From NCBI RefSeq assembly GCF_000017305.1, contig NC_009664.2, positions 1,980,001-2,012,000 on the forward strand: DNA of 32,000 nucleotides. Direction: 5' to 3'. The notes under the pieces were generated by a model, which saw only the letters and a list, made by a program, of their open reading frames with translations, was not told where the DNA came from and made no database searches. Numbering within the stretch: position 1 is the first letter of the stretch; each line of letters opens with the position of its first letter. Made by a program: the position numbers and the translations under genes. Source of the DNA: Kineococcus radiotolerans SRS30216 = ATCC BAA-149. Its GTDB lineage: Bacteria; Actinomycetota; Actinomycetes; Actinomycetales; Kineococcaceae. Positions 1-8,252 of the stretch are shown here, piece by piece.

Positions 1-629
1 CCAGCGGGGTGCTCGGGCCGCTGCCGGAGGAGCCGGCGCGGTTGCTGCGCATCGCCGACGAGAACGCCGACCGGCTCGCGGCGCTGGTGAACGACATCCT
101 GGACGTGGAGCGCCTGGACGCCGGGACGATGCCGCTGGAACCGGAGGACGTCGACCTGGCCGACCTGGCGCGCGCCGGGGTGGAGCAGCTGGAGAGCACC
201 GCCGTGGCCGCCGGGGTGGAGCTGGTGCTCGGCGAGGTGGGGCCGGCGCGGGTGCACGCCGACCCGCACCGCATCGCGCAGGCCCTGACGAACCTGGTGG
301 GCAACGCCGTGAAGTTCAGCGAGGCCGGTGGGCGGGTCGAGGTGACCTGCCGGCGCACCGCGCGGGAGGCCCGGCTGGCGGTGCGCGACGAGGGCCGCGG
401 CATCCCCCACGACCAGCTGGAAGCCGTGTTCGACCGCTTCCGGCAGGTGTACGCCAGCGACGCGCAGCGGCAGTCCGGCAGCGGCCTGGGCCTGGCCATC
501 ACCAAGGGGATCGTCGAGCGCAGCGGCGGGCGGGTCGAGCTGCGCAGTCGGCCGAACGAGGGAAGCGAGTTCACCGTGGTGCTGCCCCTGACCGATGCAG
601 AGGAGGACGCACCCCCACCCGAACCCTGA
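1..629 (+). CDS. Sensor histidine kinase, C-terminal part (5' end lies outside window)
   Basis: Reading frame is open to the window edge. It shows the tail of a DHp helix (ENADRLAALVNDILDVERLD) followed by HATPase_c N/G1/G2-type boxes (LTNLVGNAVKFS, RDEGRGIP, GSGLGLAI). TGA at 627-629. Confidence 0.9.
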   Translation, partial: SGVLGPLPEEPARLLRIADENADRLAALVNDILDVERLDAGTMPLEPEDVDLADLARAGVEQLESTAVAAGVELVLGEVGPARVHADPHRIAQALTNLVGNAVKFSEAGGRVEVTCRRTAREARLAVRDEGRGIPHDQLEAVFDRFRQVYASDAQRQSGSGLGLAITKGIVERSGGRVELRSRPNEGSEFTVVLPLTDAEEDAPPPEP

Positions 630-644
630 CCCGAGGAGGCACCC

Positions 645-1025
645 GTGGCGCGCACGGTCCTCGTCGTCGACGACGAGCCGCACCTGCGGGAGCTGGCCGC
701 CCTCAGCCTGGAGCGCGTCGGCGGGTTCGCGGTCCTCACCGCCGGCTCCGCGGAGGAGTGCCTCGCCGCCGTCGCCGAGCACGGCCCCGACCTGGTGCTG
801 CTGGACGCGATGATGCCCGGCACCGACGGGCCGGGGACGCTGGCGCGGTTGCGCGCCGCACCGGCGGGCGCCGCGGTGCCCGTGGTCTTCCTCACCGCCA
901 GCGTGCAGCGCCACCAGGTCGCGCAGCTGGGGGCGCTGGACGTCCTGGGCGTCCTGAGCAAGCCGTTCGACCCGATGGAGCTGTCGGCGCAGGTCTGCGG
1001 GCTGGCGGGCTGGCACGGGCCGTGA
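645..1025 (+). CDS. Stand-alone CheY-like receiver (single-domain response regulator)
   Basis: GTG 645 lies 5 nt after GAGGAGG (633-639). Receiver signature present: VVDDE acidic pair, LLDAMMPG phospho-acceptor Asp, LTAS, SKPF Lys. No output domain. Confidence 0.9.
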   Translation: MARTVLVVDDEPHLRELAALSLERVGGFAVLTAGSAEECLAAVAEHGPDLVLLDAMMPGTDGPGTLARLRAAPAGAAVPVVFLTASVQRHQVAQLGALDVLGVLSKPFDPMELSAQVCGLAGWHGP

Positions 1026-3442
1026 CCTCCGCCGTCGCCGAACCCGCCGCCCTGCTCGCGGCCCCCGGCCGCACGGCCCTCGTCGTCGACGACGACGAGA
1101 TGATCTCCCACCTCGTCTCGGCCGGCCTGCGCGCCGCGGGCATGACCGTCGTGACCGCCTCCGACGGCCGCGAGGCCCTGCAGCGCCTCGCCGAGGCCGT
1201 GCCGGACGTCGTGGTCTCCGACGTCAACATGCCCGGCATGGACGGCTTCGCCCTCGTCAGCCGCCTGCGCGCCGAACCCGCCACCCGCGCGGTGCCGCTG
1301 GTGTTCCTCACCTCCCGCGCCGAGGCCTCCGACGCGCTCGCCGCGCTGCGGCTGGGCGCGGACGACTACGTGCGCAAGCCGTTCGACCTGACCGAGCTGG
1401 TGGCCCGGGTCGTGGCGAAGCTGGACCGCCCACCGGTACCGGTCGACCAGCTCCTGCACGACCCGCGCACCGGGCTGCTCTCGCCGTCCGCGATGGCCGC
1501 CGAGGTGGGCCGGGAGGTCGAACGGGCCGGCGCCGGGGGCCGGCAGGGGGCCCTGGCCGTCCTGGAGGTCGCGGAGCTGTCGCCGCTGCGGGCGCGGTTC
1601 GGCGCGCGCGGCGAGGCGGAGCTCGCGCTGCAGGTCGCGGCCGTGCTGGGGGCGGCGACCACGGCCGTCCCCGGTGCCCGGCTGGGCCGCGCCCAGGACG
1701 GGCGGTTCCTCGCGCTGCTGCCCGACGTCGCCCCCGACCGCGTGCACGAGCTGCTGGCGGAGGCGTCGCAGGAGGTGGTGCGTCGCCGCGTCACCGTCGC
1801 CGGGGAGGCCCTGGACCTGACGCCCGTCACCGGGTGGGTCGCCCTGACCGACGTCGTGGGCGCCGAGCACCCCGTGGACCCCGACGCCGACCCCCGCGGC
1901 GCTGCGGGGACCGGGGAGCGGGCCGTGGCCCTGGCCGCCACCGCGGCCGGGGCCGCCTCGATGCACCTGGACCTGCAGCCGGTGCGCTGGACGACGCAGC
2001 TGGGTGGCGTGCCCGTCCCCGCGCAGGCTCCGGCCGGCCCGTCGCGGTGGCGGCGGTGGCGCTCGGCGGTCCGCACCCCGTTCCAGGTGCTGCTGACGCT
2101 GGTCGTGGGGGTCGTGGTCCCGTTCCTGGTGTACGTCGCCGTCTGGCGGTTCACGGGGATCGACCTGGGCCCGGTGGCGTACCTGGTCGTCGTGGGCGCG
2201 CTGGTGGTGACGGCGGGGTCCATCTGGGTGGAGGGCCTGCTGGCGCTGGACCCGGTGCGCCCGCCCGCCGAGACCGGCGGACCGCACCCGCGCGCCTCGG
2301 CGATCATCGCCGCGTACCTGCCGAACGAGGCCCTGACGATCGTGGAGACCGTCGAGGCGTTCCTGGCCCAGGACTACCCCGGCGAGCTGCAGGTCGTCCT
2401 CGCCTACAACGGACCCGACCGGCTGCCGGTGGAGGACGCGCTGGAGGCGATCGCGGCGCGCGACCCGCGCTTCGTGCCGCTGCGCGTGGAGGGTTCCACC
2501 TCCAAGGCGCAGAACGTCAACGCGGGGCTCGCCGTGGTGAGCGGTGAGTTCGTCGGCGTGTTCGACGCCGACCACCACCCCGAACCCAGCTCCTTCCGGC
2601 GGGCCTGGCGCTGGCTCGGCGGCGGTTACGACGTCGTGCAGGGCCACTGCGTCGTGCGCAACGGCGACGCCAGCTGGGTGGCGCGCACCACCGCGGTCGA
2701 GTTCGAGTCCATCTACGCCGTCAGCCACCCGGGGCGGGCCCGCCTGCACGGCTTCGGCGTCTTCGGCGGCTCCAACGGCTACTGGCGCACCGACCTGCTG
2801 CGCCGCACCCGCATGCACGGGTTCATGCTCACCGAGGACATCGACTCCAGCCTGCGCGTCGTCGAGGCCGGTGGCCGGATCGCCAACGACCCGGCCCTGC
2901 TGTCGCGCGAACTGGCCCCCACGACGCTGAAGGCGGTGTGGAACCAGCGGATGCGCTGGGCGCAGGGCTGGTTCCAGGTCTCGCTCAAGCACCTGCCGAG
3001 GGCGTGGGGTTCCCCGCACCTCGGGCTGCGGCAGAAGCTGGGCATGACGTTCCTGCTGGGCTGGCGCGAGGTGTACCCGTGGATCTCGTTGCAGGCCTAC
3101 CCCGTGGTGGCGTACCTGGCGTGGCGCTCCGGGGGTCTGCAGAACCTGGACTGGGCGGTCCCGCTGTTCGTCCTCACCACCCTGTTCACCACCTCCGTCG
3201 GTCCCGGCCAGACGCTCACCGCGCGGCGGGTGGCCGTCCCCGAGATCCGCCGGCAGCGGTGGTGGTTCCTGCGGTACCTGTTCGTGTCGTCGTTCTTCTA
3301 CACGGAGTTCAAGAACGTCATCGCGCGCGTCGCGCAGATCAAGGAGTTCACCGGTGAGCGGGAGTGGAAGGTGACCCCGCGCAGCGTGGTGGTCGCAGGG
3401 GCACCGCCGGTGCCCGGACCGCGGGACGGGAGCGGGTCGTGA
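1022..3442 (+). CDS. Receiver / degenerate GGDEF-like / transmembrane / family-2 processive glycosyltransferase fusion protein
   Basis: GTG 1022 overlaps the upstream TGA (GTGA, 1022-1025). REC motifs: VVDDDE, VVSDVNMPGMDG, LTSR, VRKPF. The GGDEF-fold region starts at DPRTGLL, with the GGDEF site replaced by AQDGRF (1691-1708). Two hydrophobic helices follow, then GT2 motifs DAD (2564-2572), TED (2831-2839) and QRMRW (2945-2959), then at least 3 more hydrophobic helices. Confidence 0.85.
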   Translation: MTSAVAEPAALLAAPGRTALVVDDDEMISHLVSAGLRAAGMTVVTASDGREALQRLAEAVPDVVVSDVNMPGMDGFALVSRLRAEPATRAVPLVFLTSRAEASDALAALRLGADDYVRKPFDLTELVARVVAKLDRPPVPVDQLLHDPRTGLLSPSAMAAEVGREVERAGAGGRQGALAVLEVAELSPLRARFGARGEAELALQVAAVLGAATTAVPGARLGRAQDGRFLALLPDVAPDRVHELLAEASQEVVRRRVTVAGEALDLTPVTGWVALTDVVGAEHPVDPDADPRGAAGTGERAVALAATAAGAASMHLDLQPVRWTTQLGGVPVPAQAPAGPSRWRRWRSAVRTPFQVLLTLVVGVVVPFLVYVAVWRFTGIDLGPVAYLVVVGALVVTAGSIWVEGLLALDPVRPPAETGGPHPRASAIIAAYLPNEALTIVETVEAFLAQDYPGELQVVLAYNGPDRLPVEDALEAIAARDPRFVPLRVEGSTSKAQNVNAGLAVVSGEFVGVFDADHHPEPSSFRRAWRWLGGGYDVVQGHCVVRNGDASWVARTTAVEFESIYAVSHPGRARLHGFGVFGGSNGYWRTDLLRRTRMHGFMLTEDIDSSLRVVEAGGRIANDPALLSRELAPTTLKAVWNQRMRWAQGWFQVSLKHLPRAWGSPHLGLRQKLGMTFLLGWREVYPWISLQAYPVVAYLAWRSGGLQNLDWAVPLFVLTTLFTTSVGPGQTLTARRVAVPEIRRQRWWFLRYLFVSSFFYTEFKNVIARVAQIKEFTGEREWKVTPRSVVVAGAPPVPGPRDGSGS

Positions 3443-3732
3443 ACGAGACCGAGGCCATGCGGGCGTTGACCGCCGACCTGTGGGAGCAGCTGCGCCCGCT
3501 GGTGCGCGCGCGCCTGGAGCAGCTCGACGAGTGGGTCGCGACCGGCCAGCAGCTCGACGGGCGCGCGGAGGCCGTGCGCACCGCGCACAACCTGTCCGGT
3601 TCGCTGGGCAGCTACGGCCGCCACGAGGGCTCCCTCGCCGCCCGGGCGCTGGAGCACGCCCTGCTCGCCGACGAGAGCCCGGGCCTCGTCGTCGACCTGG
3701 TCGCCGCGCTGCACCGGGCGGTGGACGCGTGA
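3439..3732 (+). CDS. Hpt-like histidine phosphotransfer protein
   Basis: GTG 3439 overlaps the upstream TGA (GTGA); the alternative start is ATG 3457. About 97 aa, predicted helical, with the Hpt-type motif AHNLSGSLGSYG (His codon 3586-3588; compare HxLKGS). G/C-rich third positions. Confidence 0.7.
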   Translation: MNETEAMRALTADLWEQLRPLVRARLEQLDEWVATGQQLDGRAEAVRTAHNLSGSLGSYGRHEGSLAARALEHALLADESPGLVVDLVAALHRAVDA

Positions 3733-4922
3733 GCCGGCACCCGACCGCGGCACCCGGCGGCCCGTCCGCCGGTGGCCGCCTGGCGGGGCTGGAGGGGTAC
3801 CGGGGGATCGCCGCGGTGCTCGTCGTGGTGTTCCACGTCTACCAGGAGCTCCGCGTCGACGGGGAGTACTTCCTGGTGGGCACGTGGGCCCACCCGTGGC
3901 TGTACGCGCTGGACACGACGGTCGACCTGTTCTTCGCCCTCTCGGCGTTCCTGCTGGCGCTGCCCTACCTGCGCAAGGCCGTCGCCGGGGAACGCCCCCT
4001 GGGGGCCGCGGAGTTCCTGCGCCGCCGCGCCGTGCGCATCGTGCCGCTGTACTACCTCGTCATCACCGCGGTGTGGGCCACCCGCAACGGCAGCCTGCCC
4101 GGCGAGTGGCGGGACCTGCTGGAGCACCTGACGTTCACGCAGGTGTTCGACGACCAGCGCATCTTCTACACGGTGGGCCCGGCGTGGTCGCTGGCCGTGG
4201 AGGTGCAGTTCTACGTGCTGCTGGCCGTGCTGGGGGCGGCGGTGTGCGCGGTGTGCCGCCGGGCGCGGCGGCGCGGGTCGCGGATCGCCGTCGCCGCCGC
4301 GTCCGGGCTGCTGCTGGTCGCCGTGGGCGTCGGGTGGAAGCTCGCCGCGCACGCGCTGGGGCGTCCGGAGACGGACTGGAGCACCTGGTTCTCGCTGCCC
4401 GCGAAGCTGGACGTGTTCGGGTTCGGGGTGCTGCTGGCGCTGCTGGTGGCCCTGCGGGGCACCGCCCCCTCGCGGCTGCTGCCGCCGCTGATGGTGGTGT
4501 GCTCCGCCCCGCTGCTCCTGGCGGCGGTGTGGGCGGGCACGCAGCAGGGGCTGGCCGCCGAGCTGCGGCACACCCTCGCCGGCGCGGGCTTCACGCTGCT
4601 GCTGGGCGCCACCGTCCTCAGCGGTCCCCGCTCGGTGGCCGCCCGGGCGCTGGAGGCGCGGCCCGTGGCCTTCCTCGGCCTGATCAGCTACAGCCTGTAC
4701 CTGTGGCACGAGCCGCTGATGCTGTGGATGACGGCACTGCCGGTGTGGCCGACGACGTCCAGCCCGGCGACGCTGGCCCTGGGGACGGCGCTGCTGCTGC
4801 CGGTGGCCGTGCTGGTGGCCTGGGCCAGCTACTGGGTGGTCGAGCACCCCGCGGGCGCCCTGCGCCGGACCCGGACCGCGGACGGCCGTCCGCGCCTCTA
4901 CTACGGCGAGGGCGCCGGCTGA
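3729..4922 (+). CDS. Acyltransferase family 3 membrane protein (polysaccharide O-acyltransferase type)
   Basis: GTG 3729 overlaps the Hpt TGA (GTGA). N-terminal LEGYRGIAAVLVVVFH motif, about 10 hydrophobic segments, and C-terminal LGLISYSLYLWHEP motif typical of the OafA/Acyl_transf_3 family. Confidence 0.85.
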   Translation: MSRHPTAAPGGPSAGGRLAGLEGYRGIAAVLVVVFHVYQELRVDGEYFLVGTWAHPWLYALDTTVDLFFALSAFLLALPYLRKAVAGERPLGAAEFLRRRAVRIVPLYYLVITAVWATRNGSLPGEWRDLLEHLTFTQVFDDQRIFYTVGPAWSLAVEVQFYVLLAVLGAAVCAVCRRARRRGSRIAVAAASGLLLVAVGVGWKLAAHALGRPETDWSTWFSLPAKLDVFGFGVLLALLVALRGTAPSRLLPPLMVVCSAPLLLAAVWAGTQQGLAAELRHTLAGAGFTLLLGATVLSGPRSVAARALEARPVAFLGLISYSLYLWHEPLMLWMTALPVWPTTSSPATLALGTALLLPVAVLVAWASYWVVEHPAGALRRTRTADGRPRLYYGEGAG

Positions 4923-4939
4923 CCGGCCGGTGACCGTGC

Positions 4940-4964
4940 GGGGCCGGCCGTGCGGGCCGGCCCC
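4940..4964. terminator. GC hairpin between the acyltransferase gene and the convergent tRNA
   Basis: GGGGCCGGCC (4940-4949) / loop gtgcg / GGCCGGCCCC (4955-4964): perfect 10-bp stem. No U-tract, which is common in high-GC actinobacteria. Confidence 0.35.
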
Positions 4965-4969
4965 GGGGG

Positions 4970-5062
4970 CGGAGGGCATGGGATTCGAACCCATGAGGAA
5001 GGAGTGGGTACCTCCCTAGCGGTTTTCAAGACCGCCGCCTTCAACCACTCGGCCAGCCCTCC
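4970..5062 (-). tRNA. tRNA-Ser, anticodon UGA
   Basis: The reverse complement reads GGAGGGC...GCCCTCC-G, giving a 7-bp acceptor stem. It has the D-loop GCCGAGTGGTTGAAGGC, the anticodon loop CT-TGA-AA, a long variable arm (class II) and the T-arm GGTTCGAATCC. CCA is not encoded. Confidence 0.9.
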
Positions 5063-5109
5063 CGGCGCCGGGCCAGTCTACGGACCGGCGCGGCGCCCGT
5101 GCGGTCGCC

Positions 5110-5484
5110 TCAGCGCCCGGCGAGCAGCGGGGCGAGGGCGCGCGCCATGTCGCGGGCGCGGGGCAGGTCGCGGGCGGCGGCGGGCCGGCGCACGGCGAGG
5201 ACGCCCTCGCCGGGGGCGGGGTCGGTGACGTCGAGCACGACGGCGCGGCCGTCGACGAGCATCGCGTCGAGGAGGCGCTCGGCGTCGGGGGCGGCGGTAG
5301 CGACCCGCGAGCGCAGCAGGTGCCCGACGGCGGTGGTGCGGGCCAGGCGCAGCAGGAGCTTGTCGTCGTCGAGGTGGTTCAGCTCCGGGCGGCGCACCAG
5401 CAGCCGGGCCAGAGCGGCGATCTCGGCGGCGGTGGCGGGCGGAGGGGGCGCGGGGGCGGTGCGGGGGCGGGAGTGGTGCTGCAC
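5110..5484 (-). CDS. Hypothetical protein (about 124 aa)
   Basis: G/C-rich third positions. GTG 5484 lies 5 nt after GAGGAAG (rc of 5490-5496); the ORF could extend to GTG 5508. No motif I recognise. Confidence 0.55.
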   Translation of the reverse strand: MQHHSRPRTAPAPPPPATAAEIAALARLLVRRPELNHLDDDKLLLRLARTTAVGHLLRSRVATAAPDAERLLDAMLVDGRAVVLDVTDPAPGEGVLAVRRPAAARDLPRARDMARALAPLLAGR

Positions 5485-5571
5485 GGTGGCTTCCTCGGGG
5501 CTGCGCACGGTGTCAGCCCCGGGTGGGCTGTCCGCTCCCCCTGGTTCTCGGCGCCGGGGGGTCGGGCCGTG

Positions 5572-6384
5572 ATGCGCCGTTCGGGGGGTCGTCCTGGGGT
5601 AGCGTCGGGCGACCGTCGTCCCCGATCACCGAGCGAGTCCACGTTGGCCGAAGCCCTGCGCTGCGTCGTCGTCCTGCCCACGTACGACGAGGCCGACAAC
5701 GTCGCCGAGATGCTGGAGCGGGTGCTCGCCTGCCCCGTCGCCCCCGACGTCCTCGTGGTGGACGACTCCTCCCCCGACGGGACGGGCGCGATCGTCGAGC
5801 GCGTCGCCGCGACCCACCCGCCGGGGCGGGTGCGGCTGCTGACCCGCACCACGAAGGACGGCCTGGGCGCGGCCTACCGGGCCGGGTTCGCGCACGCCCT
5901 GGCCACCGGGGACCACGACGTCGTCGTGCAGATGGACGCCGACGGGTCGCACCCGGTGGAGGCGCTGCCCCGGATGCTGGCCGAGCTCGCCGACGGCGCC
6001 GACCTCGTCCTCGGGGCCCGCTACGTGCCCGGCGGGGCCCTCGACGACGCCTGGCCCTGGTACCGCAAGGCCCTCTCGCGCGGGGCGAACGTCTACGCGC
6101 GGCTGCTGCTGCGCGCCCCGGTGGCCGACCTCACCGGCGGCTTCAAGGCCTGGCGCGCGGACCTGCTGCGCTCGCTGGACCTCTCGCAGCTGACCGCCGC
6201 CGGCTACGCGTTCCAGATCCAGACGACGCTGGCGGCGCTGCAGGCGGGCGCGACGGTGCGCGAGGTGCCGATCCTCTTCACCGAGCGCACCCGCGGCACC
6301 TCGAAGATGTCCAAGGAGATCATCGGCGAGGCGATGCTCGCGGTGCTGCGGATGCGCCGGCACGGCCCCACCGGGCGCCGCTGA
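5572..6384 (+). CDS. ppm1: Polyprenol-phosphate mannosyltransferase (Dpm1/Ppm1-type GT2)
   Basis: Carries VVLPTYDEADN, VVDDSSPDGTG, KDGLGAAYRAGF, QMDADGSHP, GARYVPGG, TGGFKAWR and GTSKMS, the classical Dpm1/Ppm1 motif series. Start is uncertain (GTG 5569, ATG 5572 or TTG 5644). Confidence 0.85.
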   Translation: MRRSGGRPGVASGDRRPRSPSESTLAEALRCVVVLPTYDEADNVAEMLERVLACPVAPDVLVVDDSSPDGTGAIVERVAATHPPGRVRLLTRTTKDGLGAAYRAGFAHALATGDHDVVVQMDADGSHPVEALPRMLAELADGADLVLGARYVPGGALDDAWPWYRKALSRGANVYARLLLRAPVADLTGGFKAWRADLLRSLDLSQLTAAGYAFQIQTTLAALQAGATVREVPILFTERTRGTSKMSKEIIGEAMLAVLRMRRHGPTGRR

Positions 6385-6395
6385 GGCCCGCTCCC

Positions 6396-6812
6396 TCAGG
6401 CGGGGAGCGCGGAGACGTTCACCATCCAGTCGACCCCGAAGCGGTCGATGAGGGCGCCGTACTCGTCGCCCCACACCTGGACCTCCAGCGGGGTGGTGAC
6501 CTCCCCGCCCTCCGCGAGACCGGCGAAGCAGGCGCGCAGGTGCGCGGCGTCGTCGCCGGAGAGGCAGAGGGCGACGTTCCCGCCGGTGCTCGCGGCCGCC
6601 CCCGGCATGGCGTCGGAGACCATGAGGGTGAAGCCGTCCGGGGTGTCGAGCTGGCCGTGCATGACGCCGTCGGGGTCGGCGCCCCCGCCGCCCCCGCCGA
6701 ACTCGGCGAAGGTGGAGACGGTGACCTCCCCGCCGAGCACGGAGCGGTAGTGGTCGAGGGCCTCGCGGGCGGTGCCGGCGAGGCAGACGTAGGGGCTCAG
6801 ACGGGGTGCCAC
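6396..6812 (-). CDS. VOC/glyoxalase-fold protein, PhnB/YjdN-like
   Basis: GTG 6812 lies 6 nt after AGGAGG (rc of 6819-6824). LSPYVCL...AREALDHYRSVLGGE...MHGQL...LMVSD...FGVDWMV matches the PhnB-like family pattern. The upstream part of ORF 6396..6875 was discarded. Confidence 0.8.
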   Translation of the reverse strand: MAPRLSPYVCLAGTAREALDHYRSVLGGEVTVSTFAEFGGGGGGADPDGVMHGQLDTPDGFTLMVSDAMPGAAASTGGNVALCLSGDDAAHLRACFAGLAEGGEVTTPLEVQVWGDEYGALIDRFGVDWMVNVSALPA

Positions 6813-7069
6813 GGGGAACCTCCTGGGAACGGGCCGGGGGTCCGGCGCCACCGCCCGGCGGGTCCGGGCGGACACCCTGGGGACCCGGGGCGGCCGCGGG
6901 ACTCATCGGTGCCGCGGCGGCGACCACCCCGTGATTGCGTCACGTTCGGTGATCTGGGATGGTCACCCGGTCAGCAGCGCCGCGAAGCGGTCCACCGTCC
7001 CGCGCGGTGCCTCCTCGGCTCGACCGGGCTGCCCGACACGTCCGGAGCACGCTCGCGGGAGGTCGACAG

Positions 7070-8227
7070 GTGCAGGGCCAGGTACGGGACGACGACGCCG
7101 ACGCCGTCGCCCAGCTGCTGGAGCTGGCCCGCGACATCTTCGGGACCCCGGTGGCCGCCCTCACCCGGGCGACGGGGGCGACGCACCACCACGTCGAGCA
7201 GACCGCGAGCAGCCTCGACCCGCACGCCACGGTCCGGCTGCTGGCCGACACCGACCTGGACACCTGCCGGCTCGTCGTCGACGTCGTCCGTCCCGACGGC
7301 GAACCCGGCGGGCGGATCGTCGGGGTCCACCACGAGCCGGTGGAGACCCTGGGCTCGCGCCAGCAGGAGGCCCTGCACGTCGTCGCGGCCCTGGTCGCCG
7401 GGGTGCTGCACCACCGCGAGCGCCGCCGCGTCGAGCACGACGACCGGGTCGCCTCCCTCGACGCGCTGCTGGCCGGTCACGGCCGCCTCACCGTCGTGCA
7501 GCCCATCGTGGACCTGCGGGCCGGGCAGGTCGTGGGGGCGGAGGCGCTGAGCCGGTTCACCGGTCCCGAGGGGGCCGCCCGGCGTCCCGAGCAGGTGTTC
7601 GGCGACGCCCGGTCCGCCGGGGTGGGGGTCCAGCTGGAGCAGGCGGCCATCGCCTCGGCCCTGCCGCTGCTGCGGGAGGTGCCGGCGGGGGCGTACCTGA
7701 GCGTGAACGCCTCCGCGGAGGCGCTGCTGGACGAGCGCACCCACGAGCTGCTGCTGTCCGGGCACCCGGAGCGCCTCGTCGTGGAGATCACCGAGCACGA
7801 CCCGGTGCCCGACTACGACGCCCTGACCGCGGCGACGGCCGCGCTGCGCGCGCACGGGGTGCGGATCGCCGTCGACGACGCGGGGGCCGGCTTCGCGAGC
7901 CTGCAGCACGTCCTGCACCTGACCCCGGACGTCGTGAAGCTGGACACCGCGTTCGTGCGGGGCATCGACGTCGACCCCGCCCGCCGGGCCGTGGCCCGCG
8001 CGCTGGTGGGCTTCGCCTCGGAGCTGGGCTCGACGATGGTGGCCGAGGGCGTGGAGCGGGCCGGGGAGCTGGCGGTCCTGCGCGACCTGGGGGTGGAGTG
8101 CGGCCAGGGGTACCTGCTGGGCCGGCCCACCGCGAGCCCCGCGTGGGGCGAGCGGGGCAGCGACACGACGACCGTCGTCCTGTCCCGGCACCCGGAGCAC
8201 GAGGAGCCCCCCCACCCGGTCGGGTGA
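7070..8227 (+). CDS. GAF-like N-terminal domain + EAL domain protein (putative c-di-GMP phosphodiesterase)
   Basis: GTG 7070 lies 7 nt after GGGAGG (7057-7062). EAL catalytic set is present: GAEALSRF, SVNAS, EITEH, DDAGAG, KLD, EGVE, QGY. Confidence 0.85.
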   Translation: MQGQVRDDDADAVAQLLELARDIFGTPVAALTRATGATHHHVEQTASSLDPHATVRLLADTDLDTCRLVVDVVRPDGEPGGRIVGVHHEPVETLGSRQQEALHVVAALVAGVLHHRERRRVEHDDRVASLDALLAGHGRLTVVQPIVDLRAGQVVGAEALSRFTGPEGAARRPEQVFGDARSAGVGVQLEQAAIASALPLLREVPAGAYLSVNASAEALLDERTHELLLSGHPERLVVEITEHDPVPDYDALTAATAALRAHGVRIAVDDAGAGFASLQHVLHLTPDVVKLDTAFVRGIDVDPARRAVARALVGFASELGSTMVAEGVERAGELAVLRDLGVECGQGYLLGRPTASPAWGERGSDTTTVVLSRHPEHEEPPHPVG

Positions 8228-8252
8228 GGGGGCTCTTCGGGCGTGCGGTGGT

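Noticed and set aside
758-1021. Upstream extension of ORF 758..3442
   Set aside because: It overlaps the stand-alone receiver gene in another frame and is Arg/Gly-rich. GTG 1022 gives a GTGA junction and starts just before the REC domain.
1463-1852. The GGDEF-like region of the GT2 fusion as an active diguanylate cyclase or an I-site c-di-GMP receptor
   Set aside because: The signature reads QDGRF instead of GG(D/E)EF. The RxxD position reads RLGR, so neither catalysis nor canonical I-site binding is supported. Only a generic regulatory or ligand-binding role is proposed.
4970-5062. tRNA-Ser as the attachment site of an integrated element
   Set aside because: There is no integrase, no direct repeat of the tRNA 3' end, and no compositional shift that I can see on either side. 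The flanking genes look like ordinary chromosomal genes.
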